From positions 12,834,001 through 12,898,000 of the forward strand of contig OZ024747.1 in the NCBI GenBank assembly GCA_964016885.1: DNA of 64,000 nt, written 5' to 3'. Source of the DNA: Eledone cirrhosa. Taxonomy: Eukaryota. This document shows positions 1 to 12,517 of the stretch, in pieces (the first letter of the stretch is position 1; the number at the start of each line of letters is the position of its first letter). Under the pieces are notes generated by a model that was not told the origin of the DNA, searched no databases, and saw only the letters and a list, made by a program, of their open reading frames with translations. A program made the position numbers and the translations under genes.

Positions 1-1378
1 TATAACTATATTAATCTACAAGGTGTGTCTGAATTGCATCGTTTTTAAACTGTTTCGTGTGTGTCTTGAAAAGTGATATTCCTACTTGTAAAACCTCAGT
101 ACATTTATATTCTTTAATAGTTCTTGTCACATTGAATCCTCACTGGGACCCTTTTTAATGGCTACGCCATGTTGTTATTAATTCTAAGGTGTAATGTCGC
201 ATGTGGTGTTTGATAGGAAATTTTGTAGGTAGTTTTAGATTAGTTCTTCCATTATCTAGTTTGTCCCCTCACAAAAAACATTTTAATGACACAATTTGAT
301 GAAACGGAACCCCTTTAATTTATTGAATCAAATATTTCAAACATCCAAACAGAAATGTAAATATCATAGGCATTCATGACATTCTCTTTCATCAGTCGTA
401 TAATTAAATATTTATCGAATTTTATATTACGAAAGCTAACACAGAGGAAAGATTGACGCAATTATATCTCTATGCAAATCAATGTTTTCTGCACCCTCAG
501 AGATCGGTTTCATATTGTAACAATGTAATCTGCCCACCTCAGAGACTGGTTTTGTATTGCAACAGTGCAGATGCGATAATGTTACCATTTAAAATCAAAA
601 CAACGTTTCCCCTTGATTATTGGACATTCTTTTTAGAGAGATTCATGGCGTAACATTAGTTCAACAAGAGAGGCAATTGCATTTTTTGTTTGTTTTTGGT
701 GGTGGGGATTCAATGATATCGCTTAATATTTTTTTAGTGTCTAATTATAATTTTAGATCCATTAATGAATACACTTGCTCTTAATGGTGTCTTTACAAAC
801 AAATGCTTTTTTTTCTTTCTAAACATGTAAATGTTTGCAATGTTGAAATTCATTATTTGAATTAATGCATGCTCACTATGGAATAATCAAGATTCAACAT
901 CTTTTATCAACACTGAATCAATTTCTCAAATTGGCGTTGATCTTTTATCATAAAGTGTGTGTGTGTGAAGGAAAATATCTACAAAACCGTCAACTCATAC
1001 CTTATATTTTTTTTATTATTCACAGTTGTATAAATAACATAATAAATAGGTAATACACACATCTAGGACCACATACAACAAAAGGCAGGCGAAAGGGGTG
1101 GACAAACGAACTGCTTCCTGAGCAAAAGATAACAATATCGCGAGGAGCAGTGGAAAACATCTTTAATTATTTAGTATAGATGTAAGAAACATTAACTTAT
1201 GTTCCAATGAGAAGTTTAGTTATATTACTGCATCCATCCAAATTCTTAATTATTTGAAAATCTTAGGCAGTTTCTTTCATTAGAAATATGGTAACGAAAG
1301 TGTCTATATTTATTTAAAAACCTTCCATCGAAATTTTATGCAAGAACCATTGTTATGTTCGAAACACCAGCTTAATAA

Positions 1379-1565
1379 TTGTTTCTACTTTTGACACAAG
1401 GCCAGCAATTACCCCAGTGTATTACTGGTACTTGATTTTATCAACCCCGTAAGGATGAAAGGCAAAGTTAACCTTGGTGGGATTTGAACTCAGAACGGAA
1501 AGGGCCGTAACTCTATGCGTTAAGCATGGTGTCCGACCCTCTACCGATACTGCCAATCCACCGCT
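1379..1565 (-). mobile_element. tRNA-derived SINE family A (Meta-domain-like body)
   Basis: B box GAGTTCAAATCC; body TTTGCCTTTCATCCTTACGGGGTYGATAAAAT..AGTACCAG; TSD GCTTAATAAT. Confidence 0.88.
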
Positions 1566-1685
1566 TAATAATGGTGAAGTTAGTTATATTACTGAATCTC
1601 TCCAAATTCTTGATTATTTGAAAATCTTAGGCTGTGTCTTTCATTAGAAATATGGCAATAAAAGGGTTATCATTATTATTTACAT

Positions 1686-1973
1686 TTCCTAGTCTAGATC
1701 TTGTATGTTCCTAGTCTACATCATGTATGTTCCTAGTCTAGATCTTGTATGTTCCAAGTCTAGATCATGTATGTTCCTAGTCTAGATCATGTATGTTCCT
1801 AGTCTAGATCATGTATGTTCCTAGTCTAGATCATGTATGTTCCTAGTCTAGATCTTGTATGTTCCTAGTCTAGATCTTGTATGTTCCTAGTCTAGATCTT
1901 GTATGTTCCTAGTCTAGATCTTGTATGTTCCTAGTCTAGATCTTGTATGTTCCTAGTCTAGATCTTGTATGTT
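1686..1973. repeat. 22-bp minisatellite, about 13 copies
   Basis: TTCCTAGTCTAGATC(T/A)TGTATG. Confidence 0.97.
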
Positions 1974-2090
1974 TTAAAAATCTGTTTCTAAAATGTTTTA
2001 ACATGTCACACACTTCAGTGATTAATCTAGCCATTTCCCCCTTTCTAAATGTTGTCAGTGTCTACTGACCTGAACTCAACTGATTTCTAA

Positions 2091-3355
2091 AGTGTTGCCC
2101 TCTGCCTGTGTAGTGTTGCCTTCTGCCTGTGTAGTGTTGCCTTCTGCCTGTGTAGTGTTGCCTTCTGCCTGTGTAGTGTTGCCTTCTGCCTGTGTAGTGT
2201 TGCCTTCTGCCTGTGTAGTGTTGCCTTCTGCCTGTGTAGTGTTGCCTTCTGCCTGTGTAGTGTTGCCTTCTGCCTGTGTAGTGTTGCCCTCTGCCTGTGT
2301 AGTGTTGCCAGTGTAGTGTTGCCCTTTGCCTATCTAGTGTTGCCCTTTGCCTATCTAGTGTTGCCCTCTGCCTATCTAGTGTTGCCCTTTGCCTATCTAG
2401 TGTTGCCCTCTGCCTGTGTAGTGTTGGCCTCTGCCTATCTAGTGTTGGCCTCTGCCTATCTAGTGTTGGTCTCTGTCTATCTAGTGTTGCCCTCTGCCTG
2501 TGTAGTGTTGCCCTCTGCCTGTGTAGTGTTGCCCTCTGCCTGTGTACTGTTGCCCTCTGCCTGTGTAGTGTTGTCCTCTGCCTGTGTAGTGTTGTCCTCT
2601 GCCTGTGTAGTGTTGCCCTCTGCCTGTGTAGTGTTGCCCTCTGCCTGTGTAGAGTTGCCCTCTGCCTGTGTAGTGTTGTCCTCTGCCTGTGTAGTGTTGT
2701 CCTCTGCCTGTGTAGTGTTGCCCTCTGCCTGTGTAGAGTTGCACTCTGCCTGTCTAGTGTTGCCCTCTGCCTGTCTAGTGTTGCCCTCTGCCTATCTAGT
2801 GTTGCCCTCTGCCTATCTAGTGTTGCCCTCTGCCTATCTAGTGTTGCCCTCTGCCTATCTAGTGTTGCCCTCTGCCTATCTAGTGTTACCCTCTGCTTGT
2901 CTAGTGTTGCCCTCTGCTTGTTTAGTGTTGCCCTCTGCTTGTCTAGTGTTGCCCTCTGCCTGTCTAGTGTTGCCCTCTGCCTATCTAGTGTTGCCCTCTG
3001 CCTATCTAGTGTTGCCCTCTGCCTATCTAGTGTTGCCCTCTGCCTATCTAGTGTTGCCCTCTGCCTATCTAGTGTTGCCCTCTGCCTATCTAGTGTTGCC
3101 CTCTGCTTGTCTAGTGTTGCCCTCTGCTTGTTTAGTGTTGCCCTCTGCTTGTCTAGTGTTGCCCTCTGCTTGTCTAGTGTTGCCCTCTGCTTGTTTAGTG
3201 TTGCCCTCTGCCTATCTAGTGTTGGCCTCTGCCTATCTAGTGTTGGCCTCTGCCTATCTAGTGTTGCCCGTGTAGTGTTGCCCTCTGCCAATCTAGTGTC
3301 ACCGCCTGTCTGTTGTCGCCCTCTGCTTATCTGTTGTCGCCCTCTGCCTATGTGA
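2091..3355. repeat. 21-bp minisatellite, about 57 copies plus degenerate end
   Basis: AGTGTTGCCCTCTGCCT(GTGT/ATCT/GTCT); explains the long repetitive ORFs. Confidence 0.97.
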
Positions 3356-4021
3356 TGTTGCTATGTACATAGAAATGGTTGCTATCCACCTACTGTCATG
3401 TTGTATATTTTAAAATAGAAAAATATGTAGTTATGAAAACTTCTCCACCCACCAAAAATATTTAGAATTTAGCTGTTTGTTACCTGCAATACAATCTGGA
3501 CTGTTTATCTTATATTAACTGAAAAAAAAAGCTTCATGAAATTTTTGACATTTCATTTTACATATGACATCTTGTAGGTGGGCCAACTGCTGTATAAGAA
3601 CTGCGCAGTTTTCTTAGTTCTTGAGCTTTTGTGAGTAGTTATAGCAGAGCATGGAAAATGGACGTTAAATGAAGATGATGATGATGATGATGAGTATTAC
3701 ACAGCATTTTCTGGCCCAGACACTTTAATCTTAATGAAGAAGTCTAATCTAACTCTGAAATAGATGCCAAGGTGACGACTCTGCTCAGCACTGCAAGAGA
3801 AATAAGAATCATATTTGTCCAACATTTTGGCAACATGCAGTGCTGAGTTGAAATCCTCTTGAAGTGAAGTTAGTGATTGTTATAATAGAGGTTGATAAAC
3901 ACAACAAATTCAATAATTTTGGTTAGAGGTATAACTTGAATTCACTTCATTAAAAAGGAAAAATAATGTGTTTATTATGTGTTCAATTACAAGGTGACAA
4001 GTTGTCTCAGGATGTACATAC

Positions 4022-4272
4022 CAGCATAGCTAATAGTAAGCACGCAGTGCAAGAAAGCTGTGTTGTCTTTACTAATGGCAGATGATTCTGTGTGTGTGGT
4101 TGAAGTGCTGATGGAAGAATTGCTGTTGGTCCTTGTCAACAGGGTCAAAGGTTTTTTGTTAAGTGCTACATCTTGCTTGAGCAGGTCGAAGTGATGCTTC
4201 TCTCCCGAGGAACCAGTGTCGAATGAGACAAAGAAAAGCTTATCTCGCTTCACCTCAAGCCACCCTTTTCTA
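4022..4272 (-). CDS. Candidate internal coding exon, PH-domain-like (beta2-beta6 with a Ser/Thr-rich insertion)
   Basis: Minus-strand acceptor ATTCATTTTCAG (NAGNAG CAG/TAG) and donor G|GTATGT at 4021. Open frame RKGWLEVKRDKLFFVSFDTGSSGEKHHFDLLKQDVAL...AFLHCVLTISYA. Unique and GC-richer than its flanks. The pattern resembles PH strands (KKRWFVL..LYY; IDL...V). Confidence 0.6.
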
Positions 4273-5659
4273 CTGAAAATGAATTTTATACTCTGCTCAT
4301 ATGTATTGAGTATTCATTCAATGTTTGCTTGTTTTATGTACATTGGTATATAAAGCATCTCAGTGTATATGTATGTGTGTCTGTATATATATATATATAT
4401 ATATGTATATGTGTGTGTGTGTGAGAGAGAGAGACCCAATAAACTGATGTATCAATCAAAAATACCTTGTGGTATTTATTTTGCCTTATTTATATATGCA
4501 CTGTCTTGTCTCTTAAATGCACAATAAACCAGCTATTGAAAGCCGATAACCAACCAACCACACTATTGTTCATGAAGTGCATTGTCATAATGATCAATAT
4601 ATATATATATACATACACACACACATACATACACACACAATGTTGTTGTTGTTGTTGTTGTATGCAAATGTCTGAATTTCTCGAGGCTCACTTTGTGTTC
4701 TTTTCAATCTATATATTTTTCTTCTTTTCGATCTATATATTTTTCTTCAGAAGTGTATTTAATTTACAAAAAAAAAAAATCTTCCATGTGTCAGTACAAT
4801 AAGTTCTAGTTGTTAGGTGGTGAATTTGCAGAGTTGTTAGACTGTCTGATAGAATACTTTATAACATTTGTTCTGGCTTTCTGCTCCCTGACTTCAAACA
4901 TGGTCTATTAGTGGAGTTGTTTCTTCTTCTAAGAAACTTCCTCTCTATCACTTTCTCTTTTCTTCTGTGTCAGATCTGAAGAGAGATGGGCTCTGCAAGG
5001 TTTGAAATGCCCCTATGATTCCATATTCTTTCATTTCAATTCATTAGTTAGTTTAATCTAATTACTCGTATCTTGATTGAAACAAAATGTTATAAAGGAA
5101 TTGAGATTTTTTTTTCTATATACTTTTGCTTTGGTTTCAGTTTTTATTATTCAATTAAATTGGTAATCCCATTTGATTATGGTACGTGTAAAGGGAATGT
5201 GTGGTAAATATGGCTTAATGTAAGAATGGTTGAAATTTTAAATTAAAACTAGACAGGTTGCTTGGTTTTACCCTGGCAGCAAAATAGAATTGTAATTCAA
5301 AACTGAAGAACTTTCTCATCACTTAAAATACAAAACAAACTGCCACAAACTACAATAGTCATGCTGAAACCAAATATATGAATGGGTAGAGCAAGTTAAC
5401 TACTTTGTAGCTTCTATAATGGAGTTTCAATGATTTGGCATTGAAGTTCCACTCAAGTCATTGGGTTGATAATATAATTACTTAGAGACATATAGCAGTT
5501 GATTCAATAAGACCTTTTCTTGTTACAAAAAATAGTTGTTTAAAACCTAGACAAAAAAATATCATCCAGATGGGGGCATAAATGCTCTTCCATTTCATGT
5601 ACTGATCTAACTCAGTAACATGAAATAATTCACAGTATAAGATCATTATTATTATTATT

Positions 5660-6010
5660 ATCATCATCTTTTAACATTTTTTTTTAATGCTTGCATGGGT
5701 TAGACAGGTCGTCATGAATTGAAGAAAGACTGGTCAGGTGACTGTCCTGCTTGTACATTCCATTTTTAGCTTGGTTTCTATGGCTGAATACCATTCCTAA
5801 TACCAACCATTTGATTGTATGCACAGTGAGCCTATTCTCATGATTCTAGTGCTACCACCTTATAGGGTGTGACAGTGTTTTTTCTATTGCAACTCTGGCA
5901 CTACCACCTTATAGGGTGAACTGGGAGAATGTTCTTGTGACTCCAGGACTACCACTTTATGGGGTAGACTGGGAGAATTTTCTTGTGACTCTGGCACTAC
6001 CAACTTATAA
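5660..6010 (-). mobile_element. Old RTE 3' UTR fragment
   Basis: CAT tail, ATGCTTGCATGGGTTAGAC and degenerate subrepeats. Confidence 0.6.
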
Positions 6011-6491
6011 AAGATTAAAAATCAAAATGACTCCCAGATAAATATTGTTTAATGTTGAAAGCTAAACTGGATGTGTAATCTTCCAGTTTCTAATAGGAAT
6101 TGTTCCACACATATCCCTACTGCCCTTTGAAAAAAATATTTTAAACTCACTCTGAAAATATTTGCCAAATGAGTGATAAGATTGAACTTTGGTGATAATA
6201 CAAAAGAAGTTTCAGATAAATAAATAAACTGTCTATTCTGTTGATATTGAGGACTGTATTACCATAAAATTACATCAAATCAATAAAACCTGTTGTAGGT
6301 TAGTCTGAAGGTAATCTAATACAGTCCCTCACCAAACTGTTATCTGAATTCATTTCAGTTTGTTTAATGATTTTTCTTCTTCAAAAATAATATTTAAGTT
6401 GCAATTAGTTAATTTTATCTGTAATTTATATACATTTATAGACCAAATATTCTCTTGTGAAATACCTTTCTCTTTGTCAGTTGATTGTGTC

Positions 6492-6701
6492 TTAACCTTT
6501 TAGCATTTAAACCAGCCATATCCGGCCAGAATACTCTCACCTCTTTCTGTTCAAACCAGCTGTAATTGGCTGCTCATACCAATGTTAAGGTATTGTTCTC
6601 AAAATAAATAACATCAAAATCTCGTAGCTTTGATATAATGTGAGATAAAGCCTTTACTGTGAAAATACAATAATAAATATAAAGTAATGTTAAAGGGTTA
6701 A
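6492..6701 (-). mobile_element. piggyBac-type MITE family A
   Basis: TTAA at both ends; TIR related to CCCTTTAGCATTTA. Confidence 0.82.
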
Positions 6702-6714
6702 TAATTATTTTTAT

Positions 6715-6880
6715 TTTAGGCACAAGGCTAGCAATTTGAAGGGGAAGGGGAAATCGACCCAGTACATTACTGGTACTTTATTTTTCGACCCTGTAAGGAT
6801 GAAAAGCAATGCCAACCTCGGCGGAATTTGAACTCTATGCTGTGAAGCATCATGTCCGATGCTCTGCCAATCCACCACCC
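6715..6880 (-). mobile_element. SINE family A
   Basis: Homology to the other copies. Confidence 0.8.
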
Positions 6881-7027
6881 TTATTATGTCTTAATAATAG
6901 AAACATGTTTATGCTAATGTTTGCTTAATTGTAATTCTTTCTAAGTATATTTTCTCAATTTTCTTTTTTAAAAGCATCCCAACATTGACTACATAAGCTT
7001 TTTTATATATATATCCAGGACTACATT

Positions 7028-7112
7028 AAAGACAGTAGGATGTGATAAAAGGGATTTGGCTGCTATTTCTAGCAGGTTGAATGACTTCTATAGAGGGTTC
7101 CTTGTTTGCTCA
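7028..7112 (+). repeat. Short interspersed repeat, unclassified
   Basis: AAAGACAGTA..GTGTGAT..GGATTTGGCTGCTATTTCTAGCAGG; other copies at 16304-16390 and about 63845-63880. Confidence 0.7.
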
Positions 7113-7924
7113 ACTTGAGCATATCTATGGCATAAAGGTAGCTAATTAAACATATTTGGTCTAGTTTTATTTCTGTATTATAAACTCTTATAAACCATAG
7201 TTTGATTGTATATTTGTAATTCAGGTCATATTAGTCTCTTTCTCCATCGAGTTCTCAAAAACAGAGAAGAGCAAGATGGATTCAATTGGTGGTTAAAAAT
7301 ATAATCAAGCAGGTGATATGCTGAGTACTGTCTCTGTGTACTGTCTCTTGTGCGTGACACAAGATTTGAACTTCTGACTGTTGTATCACCAATTTAATGA
7401 TAAAAATATTTCACTGACTCTAAGGTTATATGATAATTATCATAACCATGTGTATTGGCATTGTTTAATAATTCAATTAGCTTTGGCCAACAGTCAAATG
7501 GTTATTGATTTTTGCCAAAGTTCTTTGCAATACTTTGGAATGACTTTAAATCCAACTAACTGAACAATACCAAAAACATTGTCATGGTGCCAGTGTTTCT
7601 ATTAGTATATCTATGCAATGCTAAAATAAAATATATATATATCACATATTACTATATCTATGCAATGATAAAATAAAATATATCACACATTAGGGAAGCT
7701 ATACAATGTTAACACACATACACACACACACACATACAAATACATATAATTTCACACATTTATAATTTGAGATTTATATTTTGAAATAGTAGTAAAAAGT
7801 TTTCTTTGTAATGGTTTCTAATTGAGGCCTAAATGTAAGCAATTTGGTGGTGAGAGGCAGTTGATTTTATCAACCCTAGTTCTGGACTGCTATTTTATTT
7901 TATTCACCCTTGCATACAAACTTA

Positions 7925-8260
7925 AACCTACAGTCAGTAGGCACCTCTTAACCCAATATACACCCCACACACCCTATTCCATCCTCCCACTTCCGTCCAC
8001 TGTAAAATGGTTGTGTAGGTGACATGACAAAAAGCACCCAGTCCACACTGTAAAGTGGTCACATAGGAGATGCAGTAAAAAGGCTCCCAGTCCAATCTGT
8101 AAATGTGGTTGGTGTTAGGAAGAGCATCCAGCCATAGAAAACCTGCCAGAGACAGTTCTGTACGAGTGAGACATGGGCATCTGACCAATCTTGCCTCAAG
8201 TGGGACAAACTCGTCCAACCCATGCTAGCGTGGAAGATGGAGGTTAAATGATGATGATGA
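7925..8260 (+). mobile_element. RTE 3' UTR fragment
   Basis: Homologous to 44390-44758 (CTACAGTCAGTAGGCACCTCT, GGTTGGTGTTAGGAAGAGCATCCAGCC, GAT tail). Confidence 0.8.
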
Positions 8261-8611
8261 CCTCCAGAAGGATGAAAGGGGAAGTTGACCTTTGCCTTTC
8301 ATCCTTTCAGTGTCGATATAATGATAGAAACATGTTTATGTTCATGTTTGCTTAATTGTAATTCTTTTTAAGTAAATTTTTTCAATTAAAAAAACTCAAA
8401 ACATTTTTCAGGACCTAATGTTATCTGCTATTCATTTAATTTTGTCATTGATAATTCTTTAAAGATATTTTATCATGACCTTAGTATAACATGTCAAATA
8501 TTTAGAGTAAAGTTCTAGTTTTAGAATTTAATGAAACCTTCTGATATCCTGAGAATATCAACTTCAATATGGTTGACCAAATTATATTCATTAATTTTAT
8601 ATACTACACCA

Positions 8612-8859
8612 TTAACCCTTTTATTACCATAGTTTTAGTGAATGACATTGCCTATGTGTTTCAAATAACTTTGAAAATAATCAAGAATTTGGCAAGATTT
8701 AGTAATATATCTAACTTTCTCTTTATTAAGTTAATATTTGGGCCATAACTTAATAACGTTCTTACATAAGATTATGTGAAATGTCTTCAGATAAATATTA
8801 ACACTTTAGTATCAGAGAACCAGGTGTGGTTTCAGGCAGTTTGGTATCAAAATGGTTAA
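8612..8859 (-). mobile_element. piggyBac-type MITE family B
   Basis: TTAA-CCCTTTTATTACCA ... TGGTATCAAAATGG-TTAA; related copies listed separately, plus fragments near 1190-1670, 13810-13975, 28020-28253, 58330-58709 and 59618-59856. Confidence 0.75.
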
Positions 8860-10396
8860 ATGTAAAATGTATGTGCATGAGAATATATATAAGTTGTAGA
8901 TAAGGATAAATGTTGAATGTTTTTACTAAATTGCTTCTTGGCTTTATTCTGCTAAAAACATTGATTTTCTCATCTCATCTTTTTATTGAATTAACACTTC
9001 CTGTTTTAAAAATATATCTGAAGCCAATACATTATCTAGGGAAAATTTTTTTCTTTCTCAGATCAATTTAAATTATATTTTTAATATTTATTTTTTATTA
9101 TGTTTTACCAACTTTACATTTGCAGATATTATCACTGTTTCAATGCAATAACAGTCTCATTACATGACATGCCATTAATGAAACCACCATTTATAATAAC
9201 TTCAGCTTCATTAGGTATTGTATCTGTCATATGAATAGGGTTCCTCTCATATACATTTATGTTTAACTTACGTGCATGACCAGATTAGCATTTGATCACT
9301 TTATATTATCCAATTTCTATGAAAATGTCTTTTTTCTTCTTAGTATAACATAAAACGAAAGTATCTTTAAGTAAATTTCTTTTCCTTCTTCCTATATTTC
9401 TCTGTCAGATTAACTGCTGTCTTCTCTATCAGATTAACTTCTATATCACTAATGGATTGGGGGGGGGGGGGGGGACTCCATATATTTTCTATTTGTAATA
9501 TCATCATCATCGGCAAATCATTCTTAGAAATAACTTTCAGATCTACATTATTTCTCTGAGCATCAACATGTTTGGTGTCTGTATAATTATATTTTGGATC
9601 AGAATAACTCACATTACAGTAATGCCTGTTTGAGAGCTTCAACTGAACATTTTATTAACAAGTATGGTTTGAGAATAATTAAAAAAAAAATATTGATAAT
9701 CATTTGTAAGAGAAGTATTTATACTTAACACTGTTAAGCAGATAATGCATAATTCTTCCTCTGAGTAAATAAGTTACCTTTAGCAAGCTATTTGATTGAA
9801 ATTTATTCCATCAAGACAGTACAAATAATTAAGTGACTTCCCTAGAAACACTGTGTAATTCAATTCTAGCAAGAAACTAGAACTTCATTATATAGGAGGC
9901 TGAGCAACTATGTTCTTACATCTAAGCATTTGGGGCTCTTGTATCTGAATCCTAGGCCTGTACTAGATTAGAAATAGATTAAAAAATTATTAGAAAATTG
10001 TAAAATAAAAGGTGTTGATTGGGAAGTTTTATTTTGATGATTTTGTTTAAAAGTGAAGTGTTTTTCAAACTTAATCAAGCTATTTATTAATCTTCTGTTT
10101 AACATGTTCCTCAGCTGCTAATGGAATGGTTTAACATAGATAAAACTGAATGAAGGCAATATATATAAAATCTCTATTGGAAACTAAAATTAGCTACAAG
10201 CATTATTAAGTTTCTCTTATATTCTTGTTTAGGATAAATTACGTGATGTTTAGAATAAATTATGTAATTTTTTTTATTGTTTAATATGAAACTAAAGAAT
10301 TATATGAGTGAAGATTAGGTTTTTATTATACAACTGATGTTTTATGGAATTAAAAAATAAATTTCTTATCATTAATATATATATATATATATATAT

Positions 10397-10738
10397 GGAG
10401 GCATATGGCTTAGTGGTTAGAGCATTGGCCTTGCAATCGAAAGGTTGTGAGTTCAAATCTCGGACCGGGTGATGTGTTGTTTCCTTGAGCAAGACACTTT
10501 ATTTCACATTGTTCCAGTTTATTCAGCTGTAGAAATGAAAATGATAGGAACAGGGGTCCCTATCATTCCACTGCAAAGTGGTCGTGGAGGTGCCGCGACA
10601 AAAAAGCACCCAGCACTCACTGTAAATGAGGTTGGTGTTAGGAAGGGCATCCAGCTGTAAAAATGAAGCCAATATCAGTTCCCGTCCCACCCTTGCAAGC
10701 AGGGAAAAGCAGACGTAAAATGATGATGATGATGATGA

Positions 10739-10742
<4 letters not shown>
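10397..10742 (+). mobile_element. tRNA-derived CORE-type SINE (family B) with RTE-derived tail
   Basis: A box TGGCTTAGTGG, B box GAGTTCAAATC, CORE-like TCCTTGAGCAAGACACTT, tail CCCTTGCAAGCAGGGAAAAG..(GAT)n; inserted in (TA)n. Confidence 0.9.
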
Positions 10743-10771
<29 letters not shown>

Positions 10772-10988
10772 AGTGGAAGCTTAATAAAATCGAAGCTTTG
10801 GCTGTGACCAAGCTAACAACCTACGATTAGGAATGAGCAGCAAAGCACTCAATAAGGTTGGCCCTTAGAGTAATAACATAGGTTTAGACAGCTTGACAAA
10901 TTGAAAATTTGAGGCAGACCTAGCCACACAATACCAAAAACAACGAAAAAACTAATCAGGTTAGACAACTGAATAAATATATATATAT

Positions 10989-11177
10989 AATTGTTTCTAC
11001 TTTTGGCACAAGGCCATAAATTACCCAGTGCATTACTGGTACTTTATTTTATCGACCCCGTAAGGATGAAAGGTAAAGTTAACCTCGGCGGGATTTGAAC
11101 TCAGATCATAAAGGGAGGTAACTCTATGCTACAAAGCATGGTGTCCGACCCTCTACCAATACTGCCAATCCACCGCC
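10989..11177 (-). mobile_element. SINE family A
   Basis: Full-length copy between TA tracts. Confidence 0.9.
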
Positions 11178-11201
11178 TATATATATATATATATATATAT
11201 A

Positions 11202-11420
11202 TAATGTATAATAAACAATACAATATAATTACCTTATTACCAGAGGTTTCCCGAATAAGACGAATACGAAAAACGTCCTCATTCGTCTTATTCGGGAAAC
11301 CTCTGGTAATGAGGTAATTATATTGTATTGTTTATTATACATTAAATTTTGCTCTGGCACTTACATAGAGCACTCTTCACTCCTATGACTTTTTCAATTT
11401 TCAACGGAAAATTCAATACT
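11202..11420. mobile_element. Fold-back Penelope-like insert in (TA)n with hammerhead 3' half
   Basis: 64-bp inverted arms 11202-11265 and 11281-11344 (1 mismatch); the arm contains GAAA-CC-TCT-GG-TA; extension to 11420; TA tracts on both sides. Confidence 0.6.
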
Positions 11421-11544
11421 TATATATATATATAAAATATACATACTGTTGTTTTTTGTTAGGGGTGGGGTGAAACAAGATGTTATGATTTGTTTTTTAA
11501 AGTCAGTAGTAGAAACCTTATTTCATATATAGCTGATATCTATG

Positions 11545-11588
11545 TGTACAACCACACACATACTCCCACAGACACACATGCACACACA

Positions 11589-11623
<35 letters not shown>

Positions 11624-12096
11624 TCACACACATTCACACACACACACATTCACACATACACACACATTCACACATACACACACACACACACATTCACACA
11701 TACACACACATTCACACATACACACACAGACACACACTCTCTCTCTCTCTCTCTCACACATATATGCACATACACACACTTATCTAATTTGTTATTTTAT
11801 TGTTATTAAATATTTACTGCAGCAGCCATTACTGGAAATCCTCTGAGAACTAATTTATAAGGAAACAATATGGAACTGATATCTGTTACTTTTATTATTG
11901 TTCTTTACTTACATTGTGTGTGTGGCAGTGTGTGTATGTGGCAGTGTGTGTGTCAGTGTGTGTGTGTGTGTGTGGCAGTGCGTGCATGTGGCTGTGTGTA
12001 TGGCTGTGTGTGTGTGTGTGTGTGGAAGTGTGTGTATGTGGCAGTGTGTATGTGGCTGTGTGTGTATGGCTGTGTGTGTAACTGTGTATGTATGTG

Positions 12097-12131
<35 letters not shown>

Positions 12132-12220
12132 CAGTGTGTGTATGTGGTAGTGTGTGTGTGTGTGTATGTGGTAGTGTGTGTGTGTGTAGCATGTGTATAT
12201 GTGGTTGTGTGTGTGTGGCA
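11545..12220. repeat. (CA)n tract followed by a (TG)n tract
   Basis: CA-rich 11545-11780 and TG-rich 11915-12220. Other CA/TG tracts at 20035-20170, 35125-35250, 56435-56925, 61658-61998 and 62217-62277. Confidence 0.95.
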
Positions 12221-12517
12221 GTTATTAAACATTGATGAAAATGGTATGAAAGGACTAATAACAGGTTGAAATTATTTGACACGAAGAATCAAACCCACTT
12301 GAAAGAAAATGATATTTCAAACTAGACCTTTGCTAATTGCTGGGACAGAGAATTAGAACCCAATCTTGTTAATATCTGCACTAAAAACCTTTTGCTTGTT
12401 TGAATATTTGCCAAGGGAAATTCTGACTTATAATTTAACCATTTCATTACCTTTTTTTCTGCTTTGATACATTGCTTATGTGTTTCAATATATATATAAC
12501 CACGAATTTAGAGTACT

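Noticed and set aside
18-317. Tc1/mariner-like MITE (TACAAGGTGT start)
   Set aside because: Right TIR too degenerate and no second copy in the window.
1686-1973. CRISPR-like array (also the 36-bp array at 51735 and the 55-bp array at 53505)
   Set aside because: Units are contiguous with no unique spacers, there are no cas genes, and the context is eukaryotic.
2062-3355. 409-aa and 319-aa ORFs as real genes
   Set aside because: Produced by a 21-bp minisatellite open in several frames on both strands.
3785-3848. 12-bp inverted repeat CTCAGCACTGCA/TGCAGTGCTGAG as a pre-miRNA
   Set aside because: Stem too short with a loop of about 40 nt.
4022-4272. Assignment of this exon to TRAPPC9 (LHCVLTISYAG versus LEAVLNFKYSG)
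   Set aside because: Only a short weak resemblance from memory; the PH-like pattern explains more of the exon, so no symbol is given.
9367-9642. 91-aa minus-strand ORF
   Set aside because: No recognisable motif, spans a 16-nt homopolymer, splice signals unconvincing.
10397-10470. tRNA genes (also 30764 and 31800-31871)
   Set aside because: These are tRNA-derived SINE heads that continue into CORE-like bodies and tails.
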